IMG/VR virus record: IMGVR_UViG_3300033067_001743
Coordinates: 58,496-122,495 of that record
Reading direction: 5' to 3' (one strand)
DNA from: a virus
Taxonomy: Duplodnaviria > Caudoviricetes
DNA: 64,000 bases
Below are positions 10,099 through 20,805 of the stretch, piece by piece. A program made the position numbers and the translations under genes. How positions within the stretch are numbered: the stretch's first letter is position 1; each line of letters begins with the position of its first letter. Under the pieces are notes generated by a model, which saw nothing but the letters and a program-made list of their open reading frames with translations, did no database searches and was not told where the DNA came from.

Positions 10099-10636
10099 TA
10101 ATTTCTATCTCCACTAAATTGTCTGCTATATTTTGATAGCGTCTAAATGAGTCTGTTACATTAAATTCCATTATTTGATTTAATAGTTTATCTTTTATAT
10201 TTCGACAATACTCTAACTGCTTCATAATTGGTATGAAGTCATTAACGTTTGGGTATTCCTTGAAGTCTGTCCAATATCTTCTTATGACAGGACCAGCATC
10301 AAGGTTGAACCTTTGGTTTGTGTTGTACCAATATAACATCTCGACATCAAAAACATTATCTTTGTGTCGAAAGTCATATAAATACTTTTTTTTGTACACA
10401 AAACAATTGTCGTGTACAAAATCTCCCATTATGGAGGGATCAAACCTATATATGTCGTTATGATTGAAGCCCAGCAGCAATTCATTGTGAGTGTGTATAT
10501 TGAATACATAGGCAAAAGATAGCCTGTTAACACACCAATGGGCTTTGGTATCGCTTAAAATAGGAACAATGATTTTAGGGTCATTTTTAAAAACTCCCTT
10601 CATCTGTTCTATGTTCGATGCGCTACCACAATTCAT
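10067..10636 (-). CDS. Probable N-terminal (degenerate exonuclease-like) half of the PolA-like protein
   Basis: PILSD..H..NRLS, FNHND, IPIMKQLE, EINGLYT resemble the N-terminal half of compact phage PolA-like proteins (recalled, not searched). Confidence 0.55.
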   Translation of the reverse strand: MNCGSASNIEQMKGVFKNDPKIIVPILSDTKAHWCVNRLSFAYVFNIHTHNELLLGFNHNDIYRFDPSIMGDFVHDNCFVYKKKYLYDFRHKDNVFDVEMLYWYNTNQRFNLDAGPVIRRYWTDFKEYPNVNDFIPIMKQLEYCRNIKDKLLNQIMEFNVTDSFRRYQNIADNLVEIEINGLYTKVPTT

Positions 10637-10642
10637 TTACCG

Positions 10643-10697
10643 CAAATGTACAACAAGTATTCTCACTTGTCAAGCCCATTAACAAATATTAACATTT
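10643..10697 (-). promoter_or_regulatory. Early host-sigma promoter
   Basis: TGTTAA x2, TTGACA, then TACATTTG (TAnnTTTG). Confidence 0.7.
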
Positions 10698-11266
10698 CAT
10701 TTGTAAAATTCGAGTGTATTTGGCAAAAAAGTGCCAATTCCGGGAAAATCAGGGGTGCTTATTTGTAAAATGTACTGGTTTAGGTACTGAGCATCTTCCT
10801 TTGGGATTTTGCTTATCTTCCAGTTTATGAGAAGTCTGTTGTATAGAACACCATTGATGCCCGGATTGTTCAAAGTGTTGACCTGATTATATTGTGTTGC
10901 ATCTATCTCGACAATGGTGTTCAATGGGCTATTCCTTTTTTGAACAAAGAACCTATCAAACTTCCCTTTCTTGTAGTCTTCGGTTGTTGGTGCAGGTTGA
11001 TAGTCTATTGGAGGAACATATCTGTTAATTTTGTTACCTGTTATCTGGTTATACCTTAATATGTCTTGAGTCGGGTTCATCTTCTTCTCAAACAACTCCA
11101 CCGATTTGTCTGTTGGTCTAAACTCGCTGAACTTTTGGCCATTTGGCAAAACATGGTAGCCGCCAACATATTCTTCACCAGTTGACAACACAAACTCATT
11201 CCCATCAGTATACTGTCCTGTGAGAATTTGATGTAAATTATAGTATGGCTGCTGAATTATTGGCAT
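10697..11266 (-). CDS. Hypothetical protein, probably virion/baseplate-associated
   Basis: YT.GNEF..GEEYVG.YH; last gene of the tail operon. Confidence 0.5.
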   Translation of the reverse strand: MPIIQQPYYNLHQILTGQYTDGNEFVLSTGEEYVGGYHVLPNGQKFSEFRPTDKSVELFEKKMNPTQDILRYNQITGNKINRYVPPIDYQPAPTTEDYKKGKFDRFFVQKRNSPLNTIVEIDATQYNQVNTLNNPGINGVLYNRLLINWKISKIPKEDAQYLNQYILQISTPDFPGIGTFLPNTLEFYK

Positions 11267-11645
11267 CTTCTATCTTACGTTTATATATTGATCCATATCT
11301 ATTGTACTTCTCTATAAGTTCTTTACTCCATCTAATATAGACATTTATATTGTTTACAGTTTTATGTAATTTTTCTATGTCTTCATCATAAACTGGCGCA
11401 TCTAATTCAAAATCAATAGAATATGTGCAACGGACTTTATTATTTACTACTAAAAAATGAAATCCATTTGTTTTGTCATCTTCTTCAATTTTAAATTTCT
11501 TAACAACATCTTCATTTTTTATTCTATTTTTTTCGAACAACTCTTCTTTGGTTGTAAAACTTTTTTCTTCTTGGGATTCAAATACGCCATCAAAATCCAT
11601 TTGACAATGACACCAAAGATTATGTTCTAAGTAATGCTTTTTCAT
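11238..11645 (-). CDS. Hypothetical protein
   Basis: 135-aa ORF in the operon. Confidence 0.55.
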   Translation of the reverse strand: MKKHYLEHNLWCHCQMDFDGVFESQEEKSFTTKEELFEKNRIKNEDVVKKFKIEEDDKTNGFHFLVVNNKVRCTYSIDFELDAPVYDEDIEKLHKTVNNINVYIRWSKELIEKYNRYGSIYKRKIEDANNSAAIL

Positions 11646-11651
11646 ATACTA

Positions 11652-11960
11652 TTAAATTAGTTGTTCTAAGATCATTAATATTTTTATTGGGCTTACATCA
11701 ATCTTTTTTTCTTTCTTATCTCCAACAGTCAGTTCATAAGCACACAAGGTTCTGTTGTTTGGAGACCTGTAAACAAAAATAGTGCCTTTACTGCCTTCAT
11801 ATTTATTTTCTAATAGTTCGGCTATCTTAACCATTTTCTCTATCTTTTGCAAAGTTTGGTCTGATGCTAATTCTTGGACTTTACTTTGTAAATGATTAAG
11901 TATCAAATGTTTCAACATAACAACATTTTTGATTTCTTCGTAAATTGCTTTTAGTTTCAT
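11652..11960 (-). CDS. Hypothetical protein with an MKLK..xxE leader
   Basis: 102-aa ORF; ATGA overlap with the upstream gene. Confidence 0.6.
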   Translation of the reverse strand: MKLKAIYEEIKNVVMLKHLILNHLQSKVQELASDQTLQKIEKMVKIAELLENKYEGSKGTIFVYRSPNNRTLCAYELTVGDKKEKKIDVSPIKILMILEQLI

Positions 11961-13969
11961 AATGGTATATATTTTATGTTATCATAGTATGCAAGTATCC
12001 CATCTACCTGAGTAGACCAATCGGAATCTTGTATTTTTTGAGTTACACGAGTAACCATGAAATATGAGTTATAAGCATCTCTCCATTTCTTTGGAACTTG
12101 TGTGGTACTTATCCCATTTCCCGGAATGTATCCCCAAACTCCATCCAATTCTAAACTTATGCTTAATCCCGGATAGTGAATTGTTTCTTGGGTAACTGCA
12201 TGTGGATTGTTTCTGTGTAATCGAACCATTATTGATTTTAGTGCATTAATGTCTTGGCCATTAAAAGCATTAGTTCCTAAATTTCCGGGGTCTCTCACTA
12301 AACAAATAAAATCTTCTTTTGCTTTAGCCCACTCATTTGAGGCAGATGTTTTTAATTCTGGTTTACAACCTCTTAATACAGTTACTGCATCACCATTTTT
12401 GCTTGAACCTACAAACATGGATGCTTTATATTCCTCTGAACCTACATTACTTGCCACTTCACATGATCTTGTTGTACCATCACCATCAATTGGATCAAAT
12501 ATAATAACTCTTAATTGATCACTTACTCCATAATTCTGATCTACAACCATTAAAATATGTTGTTTTTCTGGATGTTCAACCAATCTAAGTGCAATTGCTC
12601 CACCAGTACATGAACTTATGTGATCAGCAATTTTTTCAAAGAAGTCTGATATATTTATGATTGTTTGTGCTGTGTCTTTTACATCTGTATGATCTGCTTG
12701 TGCCTCTCTTGGTTTTGTTGCTGCATTTAATGCACCTACAACAGCATCCCTATGTATTAAAATATTTTGAAGTTTTATTTCTCCACCACCTAATGCAGCC
12801 TTTACTGCTCCTAAATTTTTACAATCTGCATCAAAGTCTTTTCCATTCCCTTCACTATTTTTATAGTTTCCTTTTCCAAGTATTAACATTGTCAATGGAT
12901 CACCACTTGTAATAGATGGTGATATTTGACATTTAGAGTATTTTTTATCGAAGTCTAATTTTAAATCATTAAAATCTTTCCTATCTGTTGCTCCAATTCC
13001 ACATGTCATTGCTCTAAGTAATTGATCATTTATTATTCTATTTACAATATATCCAAGTGTAACATATACTTGGTTATTTGTTGATTCTACTTCATTTCCA
13101 GTAAAGAAGAATGAACCAGCCCATGCAGATAATTTACCTAATGTATCCCTCATGTGATCACCTGTATAAAGTACAATTGCAGCACTTCCATCAAGCCCAC
13201 TTCCCGGATTATAATTTACAAGTTGACCTCTATCAATAACCTCACCATCTTTTGCATCATCAATGCTAATAGTTCCGTTTATTTGTGCGTCTGCTGCTAT
13301 TAATTGGGCAACACCTCTTACTGCATTTCTTGTTTGAGGTTTACCTGTGAAATATTTTATTGGTCCATCATTACCACTTGAACCTACACCTCCAATAGGA
13401 TTACATCCATTACAAACTACTGCTTGCATGTCAAGGGTTTTAATTGCTGTTGAAGCAGAAACACCCGTAAATGAACAAATCCAAAATCCTTCCGATGTTG
13501 TATTAAATGCAAAGGTTGCTACTTTAAACCCTTTTAAAGAAATTCTTCCTTGACCATATCCCCAAGATTTTTTGTATCCAAATTTAACATCAATTATATT
13601 TCCCGGTAATAGGAAATTCTGTTGAACCTTTTGAAAGTCATCAATATCATAACATCTAATTTCTCCACTAACCTTTCTGGCAAGTCCCCAGTTTCCACCA
13701 TATTCAATTGTAACAGATACTAAATCAGGCGAAGGTTTTATCTTTGGTGAATAAACATCGCTCCATGTTTCTTGAACAATTGGAAGAGTCATGTGTCCGC
13801 CTTTATTACCACAACTTTTATCATATCCAGTCACAGATGCCCATGCAGGATTTCTAACAGATGCAGACTTTCCGTTTGCTGTTTGAACCTTGTCCAATAA
13901 CCCTCTTCGGTCTTTTATAATATCTTCTATATTACCTTCTGGATTTCTTCTGTATAAACTTTCAGCCAT
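11957..13969 (-). CDS. Putative baseplate hub protein
   Basis: 670 aa, downstream of tape measure and LysM-like genes; C-terminal LELDGVWG..PGN..FMVTRVTQKI..WST. Confidence 0.5.
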   Translation of the reverse strand: MAESLYRRNPEGNIEDIIKDRRGLLDKVQTANGKSASVRNPAWASVTGYDKSCGNKGGHMTLPIVQETWSDVYSPKIKPSPDLVSVTIEYGGNWGLARKVSGEIRCYDIDDFQKVQQNFLLPGNIIDVKFGYKKSWGYGQGRISLKGFKVATFAFNTTSEGFWICSFTGVSASTAIKTLDMQAVVCNGCNPIGGVGSSGNDGPIKYFTGKPQTRNAVRGVAQLIAADAQINGTISIDDAKDGEVIDRGQLVNYNPGSGLDGSAAIVLYTGDHMRDTLGKLSAWAGSFFFTGNEVESTNNQVYVTLGYIVNRIINDQLLRAMTCGIGATDRKDFNDLKLDFDKKYSKCQISPSITSGDPLTMLILGKGNYKNSEGNGKDFDADCKNLGAVKAALGGGEIKLQNILIHRDAVVGALNAATKPREAQADHTDVKDTAQTIINISDFFEKIADHISSCTGGAIALRLVEHPEKQHILMVVDQNYGVSDQLRVIIFDPIDGDGTTRSCEVASNVGSEEYKASMFVGSSKNGDAVTVLRGCKPELKTSASNEWAKAKEDFICLVRDPGNLGTNAFNGQDINALKSIMVRLHRNNPHAVTQETIHYPGLSISLELDGVWGYIPGNGISTTQVPKKWRDAYNSYFMVTRVTQKIQDSDWSTQVDGILAYYDNIKYIPL

Positions 13970-14214
13970 TATTTTTTAACCCAAATTCCTTTGTCTTTAT
14001 CAAAGTCTAATGGTTTATAGTTGGCAATTTTCTTTACAGTTTTATTACCTCTTTTTTCGGATTGATTCACTTTCCAACCTCCATTAGCATTTTTACTTAT
14101 CAATTCTATTTGATAGTCATCAGGATTGTGTTTGTGTACTAAAATATCACCTTCTTTAAAAGTGTCTGATAATGCCTCTTTGATTATTTGACTGTATAAT
14201 TTTTTTAAATTCAT
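13969..14214 (-). CDS. Small protein with an IIKE leader
   Basis: AGGAG SD; MNLKKLYSQIIKEA. Confidence 0.6.
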   Translation of the reverse strand: MNLKKLYSQIIKEALSDTFKEGDILVHKHNPDDYQIELISKNANGGWKVNQSEKRGNKTVKKIANYKPLDFDKDKGIWVKK

Positions 14215-14223
14215 ATTACTCCT

Positions 14224-14529
14224 TTAAAATTGTGCCTCTCTAAATAATCCTTCAATGTCTCCACTATTAAGTGGATATGGAATTCTAAGTCTAATTCCTA
14301 ATGGAGGGTGAATTGTTCCAGCATGTAATTTATTTGATTTTGCAAGGATAACCCAATACCTTGGGTCTCCATAATATTGATTTGCAAGGTTATCTAATCT
14401 ATCTGACCTTTTAGTTATAATGTAAATGTCAGATGATCTTTTTTCAAATTTTGGGTAGTATAAGGTTTCATACCTTCTCTTCCCATTATTTGCTGTTATT
14501 TTGTCTACAAATTCTTCGTATCTCTGCAT
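14224..14529 (-). CDS. LysM-like baseplate protein (gp53/tail X-like)
   Basis: DRLDNLANQYYGDPRYWVILAKSN..G.RLRIP. Confidence 0.75.
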   Translation of the reverse strand: MQRYEEFVDKITANNGKRRYETLYYPKFEKRSSDIYIITKRSDRLDNLANQYYGDPRYWVILAKSNKLHAGTIHPPLGIRLRIPYPLNSGDIEGLFREAQF

Positions 14530-14541
14530 TATTTAATCCTT

Positions 14542-15084
14542 TTATATGAAATATCTATCTTCTGCACTTGGTCTCTTTCCTACACTATTTGCAAGTATTT
14601 TAATGCTTAAACTTACATCTGTGTATAATGGTCTATTGTCTACTGCTGCCCACGGATACTCTGGTTGCCAATCATAGGTTAATGAGGTTATTATGCCATA
14701 GCCTTTGATTAAACCTCCAATTTGAAACCTTACATGTGGTGCATTAAATCCATATCCACCCTGATATATTGGATACGTCATTCTTCCTAATCTTGCAAGC
14801 AATACTTCATGGTTATCTCTGTGTTCTTTTTCATTTAATCCAATTAATGCAAATGATACATTTAATGTTCTACTTGCACCTCCATACATAACCTTTGGGT
14901 CTGCTCTACCCATGTCAAAATATTCATTCCATTGTGGACTTGATGAATCCTGCAACGATGTTATATGTGCTTCAAATTTTAAATTAGAAGAGTCTACTGG
15001 TCCTTTTCCGGGGTCATGTCTATAGAAGTAAAAATACTCCTTACTAAATTCCGATCCGGGAGGTCCGTTTCTTGGTCTTGGCAT
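14542..15084 (-). CDS. Baseplate/tube-initiator-like protein
   Basis: W....MGRADP..MYGGASR.L.VSF; directly after the tape measure gene. Confidence 0.55.
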   Translation of the reverse strand: MPRPRNGPPGSEFSKEYFYFYRHDPGKGPVDSSNLKFEAHITSLQDSSSPQWNEYFDMGRADPKVMYGGASRTLNVSFALIGLNEKEHRDNHEVLLARLGRMTYPIYQGGYGFNAPHVRFQIGGLIKGYGIITSLTYDWQPEYPWAAVDNRPLYTDVSLSIKILANSVGKRPSAEDRYFI

Positions 15085-15098
15085 TTTTTAACTTCCTA

Positions 15099-18000
15099 TT
15101 ATGAGTTATTTTCTTTCTTTATTATTGTTCCAACCTTTTGTCCATTCATTTGAAGTACAAGGTTCTTTTGTGCATCTGCTTCCATTAATTGAATCATTCT
15201 CATAAGCAACATTTCTAACTTCTTGGTTTCCATTCCCGGTCTGTTATAAATATCACTTCCACCACTATTATCACCATAATAAGAATTACTTACACTACTA
15301 TTTGTTGAACCTGAGTTTCCATTAGATTCTTCATCTTTTGATTGCTTTGTTCCCGGAACAGTGTTTATTTTTACGTTTTGTGCTACTGACTCTTTTTTTG
15401 GAGTTTGTACTTCTGCTGTTTGAGTTTGCTGTGGCGCAACTTTAAATCCAATACTTGGTTCACTGTAGTTTTGAACATTACCACTTACAGTGTTTATTCT
15501 TTGATTCACATCTTGATCAAGCGATTTAACATCAATATCATTTAACTTTTTTATACTATCGAAGTCTGCATTTCCAAGTACATTAGAAAGTTCAAGAATA
15601 GAAGCGGCAAGTTGTGATATAACTTGATTAACTGTATTTAAAGGTTCTGCCAATACAGCAAGTCTTTCCAAATCTTTAATCGCATCACCACCAAATAATT
15701 TAGCAACTGATGTTCCTATTCCAACTGCACTAAATGCCATCATTGATGCTGATATTGCTGCTATTCCAGTTGCAACACCAAATAAAGATGTAATTGATAT
15801 ATTTGTTACCTCAATTAATGATAATGTTAAATCTTTTAATGGTTTAATATCTAAACCTTTCATTGAAATATTAATAGCCAAAACTGATCCTGCAAATGCA
15901 AGTAGTGATATTGAGGCTACTCCAATAGTTAAGGCTCCTGCAAGAATTAGTGGTGCAACTAATCCAAATCCTGCTGCTATAAGCCCAAATCCTGCTAATG
16001 CTGCTCCTGCTTTTTTAAGAGAATCCCATTCAATGTCATTGAACATTTTCATTCCTATTGCAAGTGGTATGATTGATGCACCTAATGCTGCAATACCTAA
16101 TGATCCTGCCAACATCAATGCTAAGATAACTGGTGTACCAATAATAGCGGCTGATGCTGCAAGTCCAACCAAAGCAACACCTGCTTTAGCCAAACTTTCC
16201 CAGTCAACACTATTAAACATATTTAAAGCAAATGCAGTAGGAATTAAACTTGCACCTAATATTGCTATAGCAGCAGCACCAATCAAAATATCTCCTGATG
16301 CTTTACCCAATACTAATGCAGCAACTACAAGACCTCCAAGTGCTACAATACCTTTACCAATACTTTCCCAACTAACATTAGCAAAGTTTTCCAATGCTTT
16401 TGAAGTTATCCATAATGCTCCTGAAACCAAAACCAATGCTGCGGCTCCTTTAATGGCATCTGTTTTAAACGATGATAGTCCACGACCTATTCCCTTTAGT
16501 AAGTTCTCAATAGACTTACCTATGGCTGCTGTGAGGCTTTTAAGGGCATCTCCAACAAACTTTACAATGTCAAGTATAACAGATTTTATTGTGTCCCATG
16601 CACCTTTTATTATTTTTGATAATTTTTCAAATATTGAACCTGTTGATGATACTGTTTTTTCTGCTGATTTTGGAAGTTCTATTTTTGATGATTTTTTAGT
16701 TACAGTTTCTTCAACTTTTTCAGTGACTGATTTTATTGGGTTTAACTTATCCTTTACTTTATCAAAACTTCCTGCCAATGATTCACCTGTTTCAGGTAAT
16801 GTTGACTTGCCAAAACTTGTTATTTTAGAAAATATTGATTTGCCATATGATCCTATTTTGCTAAATACTCCTTTTCCACTTGATTCAACATCTCCAAAAC
16901 CTTTTGTTAATTTTCCTGCTATTGACCCAAAAATACCTTTTCCTGAATCTCCAACTTTTACTAATTTCTTTGATAATGTTTCAGTAACCTTTCCAAATCC
17001 ACCTTCTATTCTCTTTTCAAATCTTCTTGAAAATACTTTTTCAACACTACCTTGTAATGCGTCAACTAAAAATGTTGAACCTCCCATTGCAGCCATTTCT
17101 ATAATACCTTGCATTTGTGCGCCAGTTCCTGATAATTGCTGTGCTCCTTCCTTTTGTGCAAATACATAAGATGATAATGTCTTTGTAGCCATTACTGCCA
17201 ATGCTTTTGTTCCTATCTCTGTTATTAATCCAAATGATTTTTTAATTGGACCAACTGGAATCAAATTTGCACTTTCTGCTTTAATTTCTTTAAGTTTCTT
17301 CTTGGAAATATCACTGCCTTTAGTTACACTACTTTCCATTTTATCATAACTTGCCATTGCCTCATTTGCAACTGCTTGACTTGTAGATACTCCCTCTGTT
17401 TTTATATCTTGTAAAAGTTTTGTTGTTGGTGATTTTGTAAACCCTTTATTTATGGAATCTGCTGCATTACTTACAGATGCTTTAATGTGTGTTACCATAT
17501 CATCCATAGAAGTCTTTATACTTTCAACCATTCCAGACATAGATGATTGAACCTTTGTCGTCATATTTACAAGTGGGTCAGTACTTTCTTTTGCTGCATC
17601 TTCTGACTTTTTCCCAAGTGATCCAAACATTCCACCCATGCCACTTGTAAGTGAGCCAATTAATGTCCCAACCCCCGGAATAAAGGATAATATTGTTTTA
17701 AATACACCAACAACAGAACCTAATACAGCAGGCATTTTAAATAATAATGCCCAAGTTCCTATTGCAACACCAATTCCGTATATTGTATCTTTTACAAGAT
17801 CAAATTTATACCCAAATAATGTAACTGTTGTATTTATTGGTTTTAATGTATCTCCCCAACCATCTAAATAACCTGTTATACTGCTTAATATAGTTCCAAT
17901 GGCTTTAAAAGGCCATAACATTCCTTTAATAATGGGTGATATGGCCTTTATAAGTACTCCAACTATTTTAAGTCCACCCACAATAATATCAATAAATGGA

Positions 18001-20453
18001 GATACTGCATCTATTGCATCAGCAAACGATTCTGCTAGTGGAATTATGGCTTTTAATAGTACTCCTTTAATTTTATCCCATGCAACACTCAGTCTATCTG
18101 TCGATTGTAATTGTTGTAGTCTATCCCTTATTTGATCTTTGTTTAATTTAGAAATATCTCCCATTCTCTCTATATTGCCTTCCAGAGCCTCTTTCATTGG
18201 ACCATCAAATGCTGCTAATTGCTCATTTAATTTAACACTTTTTCCTAATTCATCAGCACTCATTCCTAATGTTTTTGCAATTTTTGATCTTGTCAAATAA
18301 TCCATTTTATTGAATTCGGCAGTTGTTCCAATATCGTTCATTATATCTCTGGTCATTCCTTCTATATCCCCTACTAAACCTTTGTCAAAGGCATTAGAGA
18401 AATCTATACCACCACCAGTCATAGCCTGTAATTCGTACATGTCTGTCATAAATGCTTCAAGATTAAGCATATTCTGTGCTATCTCCCCTGCCTTTTGAAT
18501 AGACATTCCCATTCTTCTAATTTGGAGAGTTGCTTTTGCTGCTTCTGCTGGCATACCTGCAAAATAAGTTGCTACTGCATCGGCTCCATCAATTAAATCT
18601 TGACTTACTATTTGTGGACTTATTCCAGCCATTTCAGACATAAATCCTAAACTCTGTTGTAGGTTTAATGCTAAATCGTCATTTGCTCCTAACTGTGTAA
18701 ACGTATTTTGTAATTTTGTTGCTTGCTCTGATCCATATCCAAATGCTTTACCTGCTTCACTGAGATTTATAGCCATCTCTTTAGAACCTTTTTCACTGAG
18801 GCTATAGAAGTTCTTTCCATACTGAATCATTTCAGTTTGGATTTGTGTTATATCTTCCATAGTTGTGAATTGGTTTTTTTGAGAAGTCAATATGTCTAAC
18901 TGAACTCCATGTAGTTGTTTGGCTTGTAAGATGGAAATTTTCATCTCAGATGCCATTTGCTTATAAGTCTCTACTGCTGTTTTCAATGTTTGAAACAACA
19001 ATGCACCAGCAGCAACCAATAAAGTCATAGGACTTAGTGCTGTTCTTATAGATGGTCCCATCTCTTTCATGTAAACACTCATAGATTCTGTTAAATCTCC
19101 ACCTTGTTTTACATAATCTGAGAATTTTTCCATCCCTTTTTTATGGGCATCTAATAACCCTAATGATACTTTTGATATTCCAAGAAAATCACTAACACCT
19201 GATGGTAATAATCCATCAATATAATCAAATCCTTCACCTATCTTCTCAACAATTCCACGAGCAGCAGTTAATTTGCTGGTATACTTGCCTACAAGTGTTA
19301 GTCTACTTTTTTCAGTATTTATAGACTCCTGTAAAGTGCTTAAATCTCTATACCTTTCATCGAATTGTTGAAGCATTATTTTATTTGTATCATCTAATAA
19401 TCCTTTGTACTTTACTATTTGATCATTTTGACTTTCGGATAATGTAACACCTTTACCTAAAAGGGATACCATATCTTTTAAGTTTGAACCTACAACATCT
19501 CCTAATTTATTGTCAGATACTATTTTAGTTAGTTGATCTAATACGTTTTGATATTCTGTAGTACCTTGTTCTAATAAACCAGCAGCAGTTGTTATATTTG
19601 ATGTATTTACGTCAAAATTTATACCTTTTGTAAAATTCTGTGCAGCCATTTGTTTGGCCATCTTATCTTGTAAATCTGAATTTTTGCTGTAATATTCCTG
19701 TAATCCTTGTAGTCTCTTTGATTTCTCCTCATCTATACTATCAAGTGTCTTCTTAACTTCGTTGTTTAAATCGTCTGATAATGGATTAAAATGGAAATCT
19801 ACTTGTATCATTGAGTCTGATGCTCTTTGTACTAATGCATCTATGTCTGACTGTATGTTATCAATCAAGATACTACCATTTTCCATACCTTTAAACATTC
19901 CATCAAACATACCAGTCAAGTCTACTTTCTTTTGAAGTAGTTTATCTGTTAATTGACTAATATCTCCTGTGCTTCCAGCAAGTGCATTTGCCTGTTTCTT
20001 ACTTGCTTCTATTGCATCTGTTATTTTATTTTGACTTCTAAGTAATTTTGTAGAAAGGTCTATATTTGTTTCTATGGAATCTATTTGATCTTCAAGTAAA
20101 TCTGTATAATCTTTTGCAGAGTCTATAACATCATCACTTAGATTATCAATCTCTTTGAACCTTTTTACAATATTTTTTAAGTCTTCATCTGTAGCCTTTC
20201 TTGCTTTAGCCCACTTCTTTATAAATTCATCTGTAAGACTAAATCCGTTGTCTTTTATAGTATCTATTAGTTTATTAGCATCGTCAGCACTTTCAACAAA
20301 ACCAGAATTAAGCAAAGACATAACCTTCATCAACTCTCTGTTGATGCGGCTCTGTTCTGCACTTGCTGATGACATTACTTTTACTGCCTTAAAAAGGTCT
20401 TGTAACATCCTCTTAATTTCTTTACTGTCGTCTTGTGGTGGTTTTGTTGGCAT
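15099..20453 (-). CDS. Tape measure protein
   Basis: 1784 aa, helical, with Ala/Gly-rich hydrophobic repeats (V.WESI.K); downstream of tube and chaperone genes. Confidence 0.85.
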   Translation of the reverse strand: MPTKPPQDDSKEIKRMLQDLFKAVKVMSSASAEQSRINRELMKVMSLLNSGFVESADDANKLIDTIKDNGFSLTDEFIKKWAKARKATDEDLKNIVKRFKEIDNLSDDVIDSAKDYTDLLEDQIDSIETNIDLSTKLLRSQNKITDAIEASKKQANALAGSTGDISQLTDKLLQKKVDLTGMFDGMFKGMENGSILIDNIQSDIDALVQRASDSMIQVDFHFNPLSDDLNNEVKKTLDSIDEEKSKRLQGLQEYYSKNSDLQDKMAKQMAAQNFTKGINFDVNTSNITTAAGLLEQGTTEYQNVLDQLTKIVSDNKLGDVVGSNLKDMVSLLGKGVTLSESQNDQIVKYKGLLDDTNKIMLQQFDERYRDLSTLQESINTEKSRLTLVGKYTSKLTAARGIVEKIGEGFDYIDGLLPSGVSDFLGISKVSLGLLDAHKKGMEKFSDYVKQGGDLTESMSVYMKEMGPSIRTALSPMTLLVAAGALLFQTLKTAVETYKQMASEMKISILQAKQLHGVQLDILTSQKNQFTTMEDITQIQTEMIQYGKNFYSLSEKGSKEMAINLSEAGKAFGYGSEQATKLQNTFTQLGANDDLALNLQQSLGFMSEMAGISPQIVSQDLIDGADAVATYFAGMPAEAAKATLQIRRMGMSIQKAGEIAQNMLNLEAFMTDMYELQAMTGGGIDFSNAFDKGLVGDIEGMTRDIMNDIGTTAEFNKMDYLTRSKIAKTLGMSADELGKSVKLNEQLAAFDGPMKEALEGNIERMGDISKLNKDQIRDRLQQLQSTDRLSVAWDKIKGVLLKAIIPLAESFADAIDAVSPFIDIIVGGLKIVGVLIKAISPIIKGMLWPFKAIGTILSSITGYLDGWGDTLKPINTTVTLFGYKFDLVKDTIYGIGVAIGTWALLFKMPAVLGSVVGVFKTILSFIPGVGTLIGSLTSGMGGMFGSLGKKSEDAAKESTDPLVNMTTKVQSSMSGMVESIKTSMDDMVTHIKASVSNAADSINKGFTKSPTTKLLQDIKTEGVSTSQAVANEAMASYDKMESSVTKGSDISKKKLKEIKAESANLIPVGPIKKSFGLITEIGTKALAVMATKTLSSYVFAQKEGAQQLSGTGAQMQGIIEMAAMGGSTFLVDALQGSVEKVFSRRFEKRIEGGFGKVTETLSKKLVKVGDSGKGIFGSIAGKLTKGFGDVESSGKGVFSKIGSYGKSIFSKITSFGKSTLPETGESLAGSFDKVKDKLNPIKSVTEKVEETVTKKSSKIELPKSAEKTVSSTGSIFEKLSKIIKGAWDTIKSVILDIVKFVGDALKSLTAAIGKSIENLLKGIGRGLSSFKTDAIKGAAALVLVSGALWITSKALENFANVSWESIGKGIVALGGLVVAALVLGKASGDILIGAAAIAILGASLIPTAFALNMFNSVDWESLAKAGVALVGLAASAAIIGTPVILALMLAGSLGIAALGASIIPLAIGMKMFNDIEWDSLKKAGAALAGFGLIAAGFGLVAPLILAGALTIGVASISLLAFAGSVLAINISMKGLDIKPLKDLTLSLIEVTNISITSLFGVATGIAAISASMMAFSAVGIGTSVAKLFGGDAIKDLERLAVLAEPLNTVNQVISQLAASILELSNVLGNADFDSIKKLNDIDVKSLDQDVNQRINTVSGNVQNYSEPSIGFKVAPQQTQTAEVQTPKKESVAQNVKINTVPGTKQSKDEESNGNSGSTNSSVSNSYYGDNSGGSDIYNRPGMETKKLEMLLMRMIQLMEADAQKNLVLQMNGQKVGTIIKKENNS

Positions 20454-20692
20454 TATTTATCCCTTTGACTATCTTTACATTTCTCATCTTCTGGATTTCT
20501 CTTGCAATAATCTTTCAATAACTTAATCGTATTTTCTGCTGATTTCTTCATCGTGTTCATTGCCTCTTTAACTTCCGGGTCATTTGGAAGTTCTTTCATT
20601 GCATCTCCAACCTTCTTATCTATTTGAAGGGCTGCAAACATTTTGGCAAGGGTTAAGAAGATATTTTCTTGGAGTATGGTTTGTTTTTTCAT
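20453..20692 (-). CDS. Hypothetical protein
   Basis: 79 aa; late motif and GAGG SD upstream. Confidence 0.65.
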   Translation of the reverse strand: MKKQTILQENIFLTLAKMFAALQIDKKVGDAMKELPNDPEVKEAMNTMKKSAENTIKLLKDYCKRNPEDEKCKDSQRDK

Positions 20693-20711
20693 GTTTTCCT
20701 CTTGAATATGA

Positions 20712-20719
20712 TATAAATA
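20712..20719 (-). promoter_or_regulatory. Late promoter-like motif TATTTATA
   Basis: Recurrent intergenic motif; precedes the tape measure operon. Confidence 0.55.
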
Positions 20720-20748
20720 TGATAAAATAAAAAATATTTAAACTTTAT

Positions 20749-20779
20749 TTTGTTTTTTCGTTGAAGTGTTTTACCTTTG
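20749..20779 (+). promoter_or_regulatory. Bacteroidota-type promoter
   Basis: TTTG at 20749 and TACCTTTG at 20772. Confidence 0.6.
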
Positions 20780-20805
20780 CACCTCATCATAAATATAAAA
20801 CGAAT

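Noticed and set aside
16033-17169. 378-aa plus-strand ORF and other antisense ORFs (e.g. 1022, 2953, 31232, 34081, 57336)
   Set aside because: Shadow frames of strong minus-strand genes, with no motifs or expression signals.
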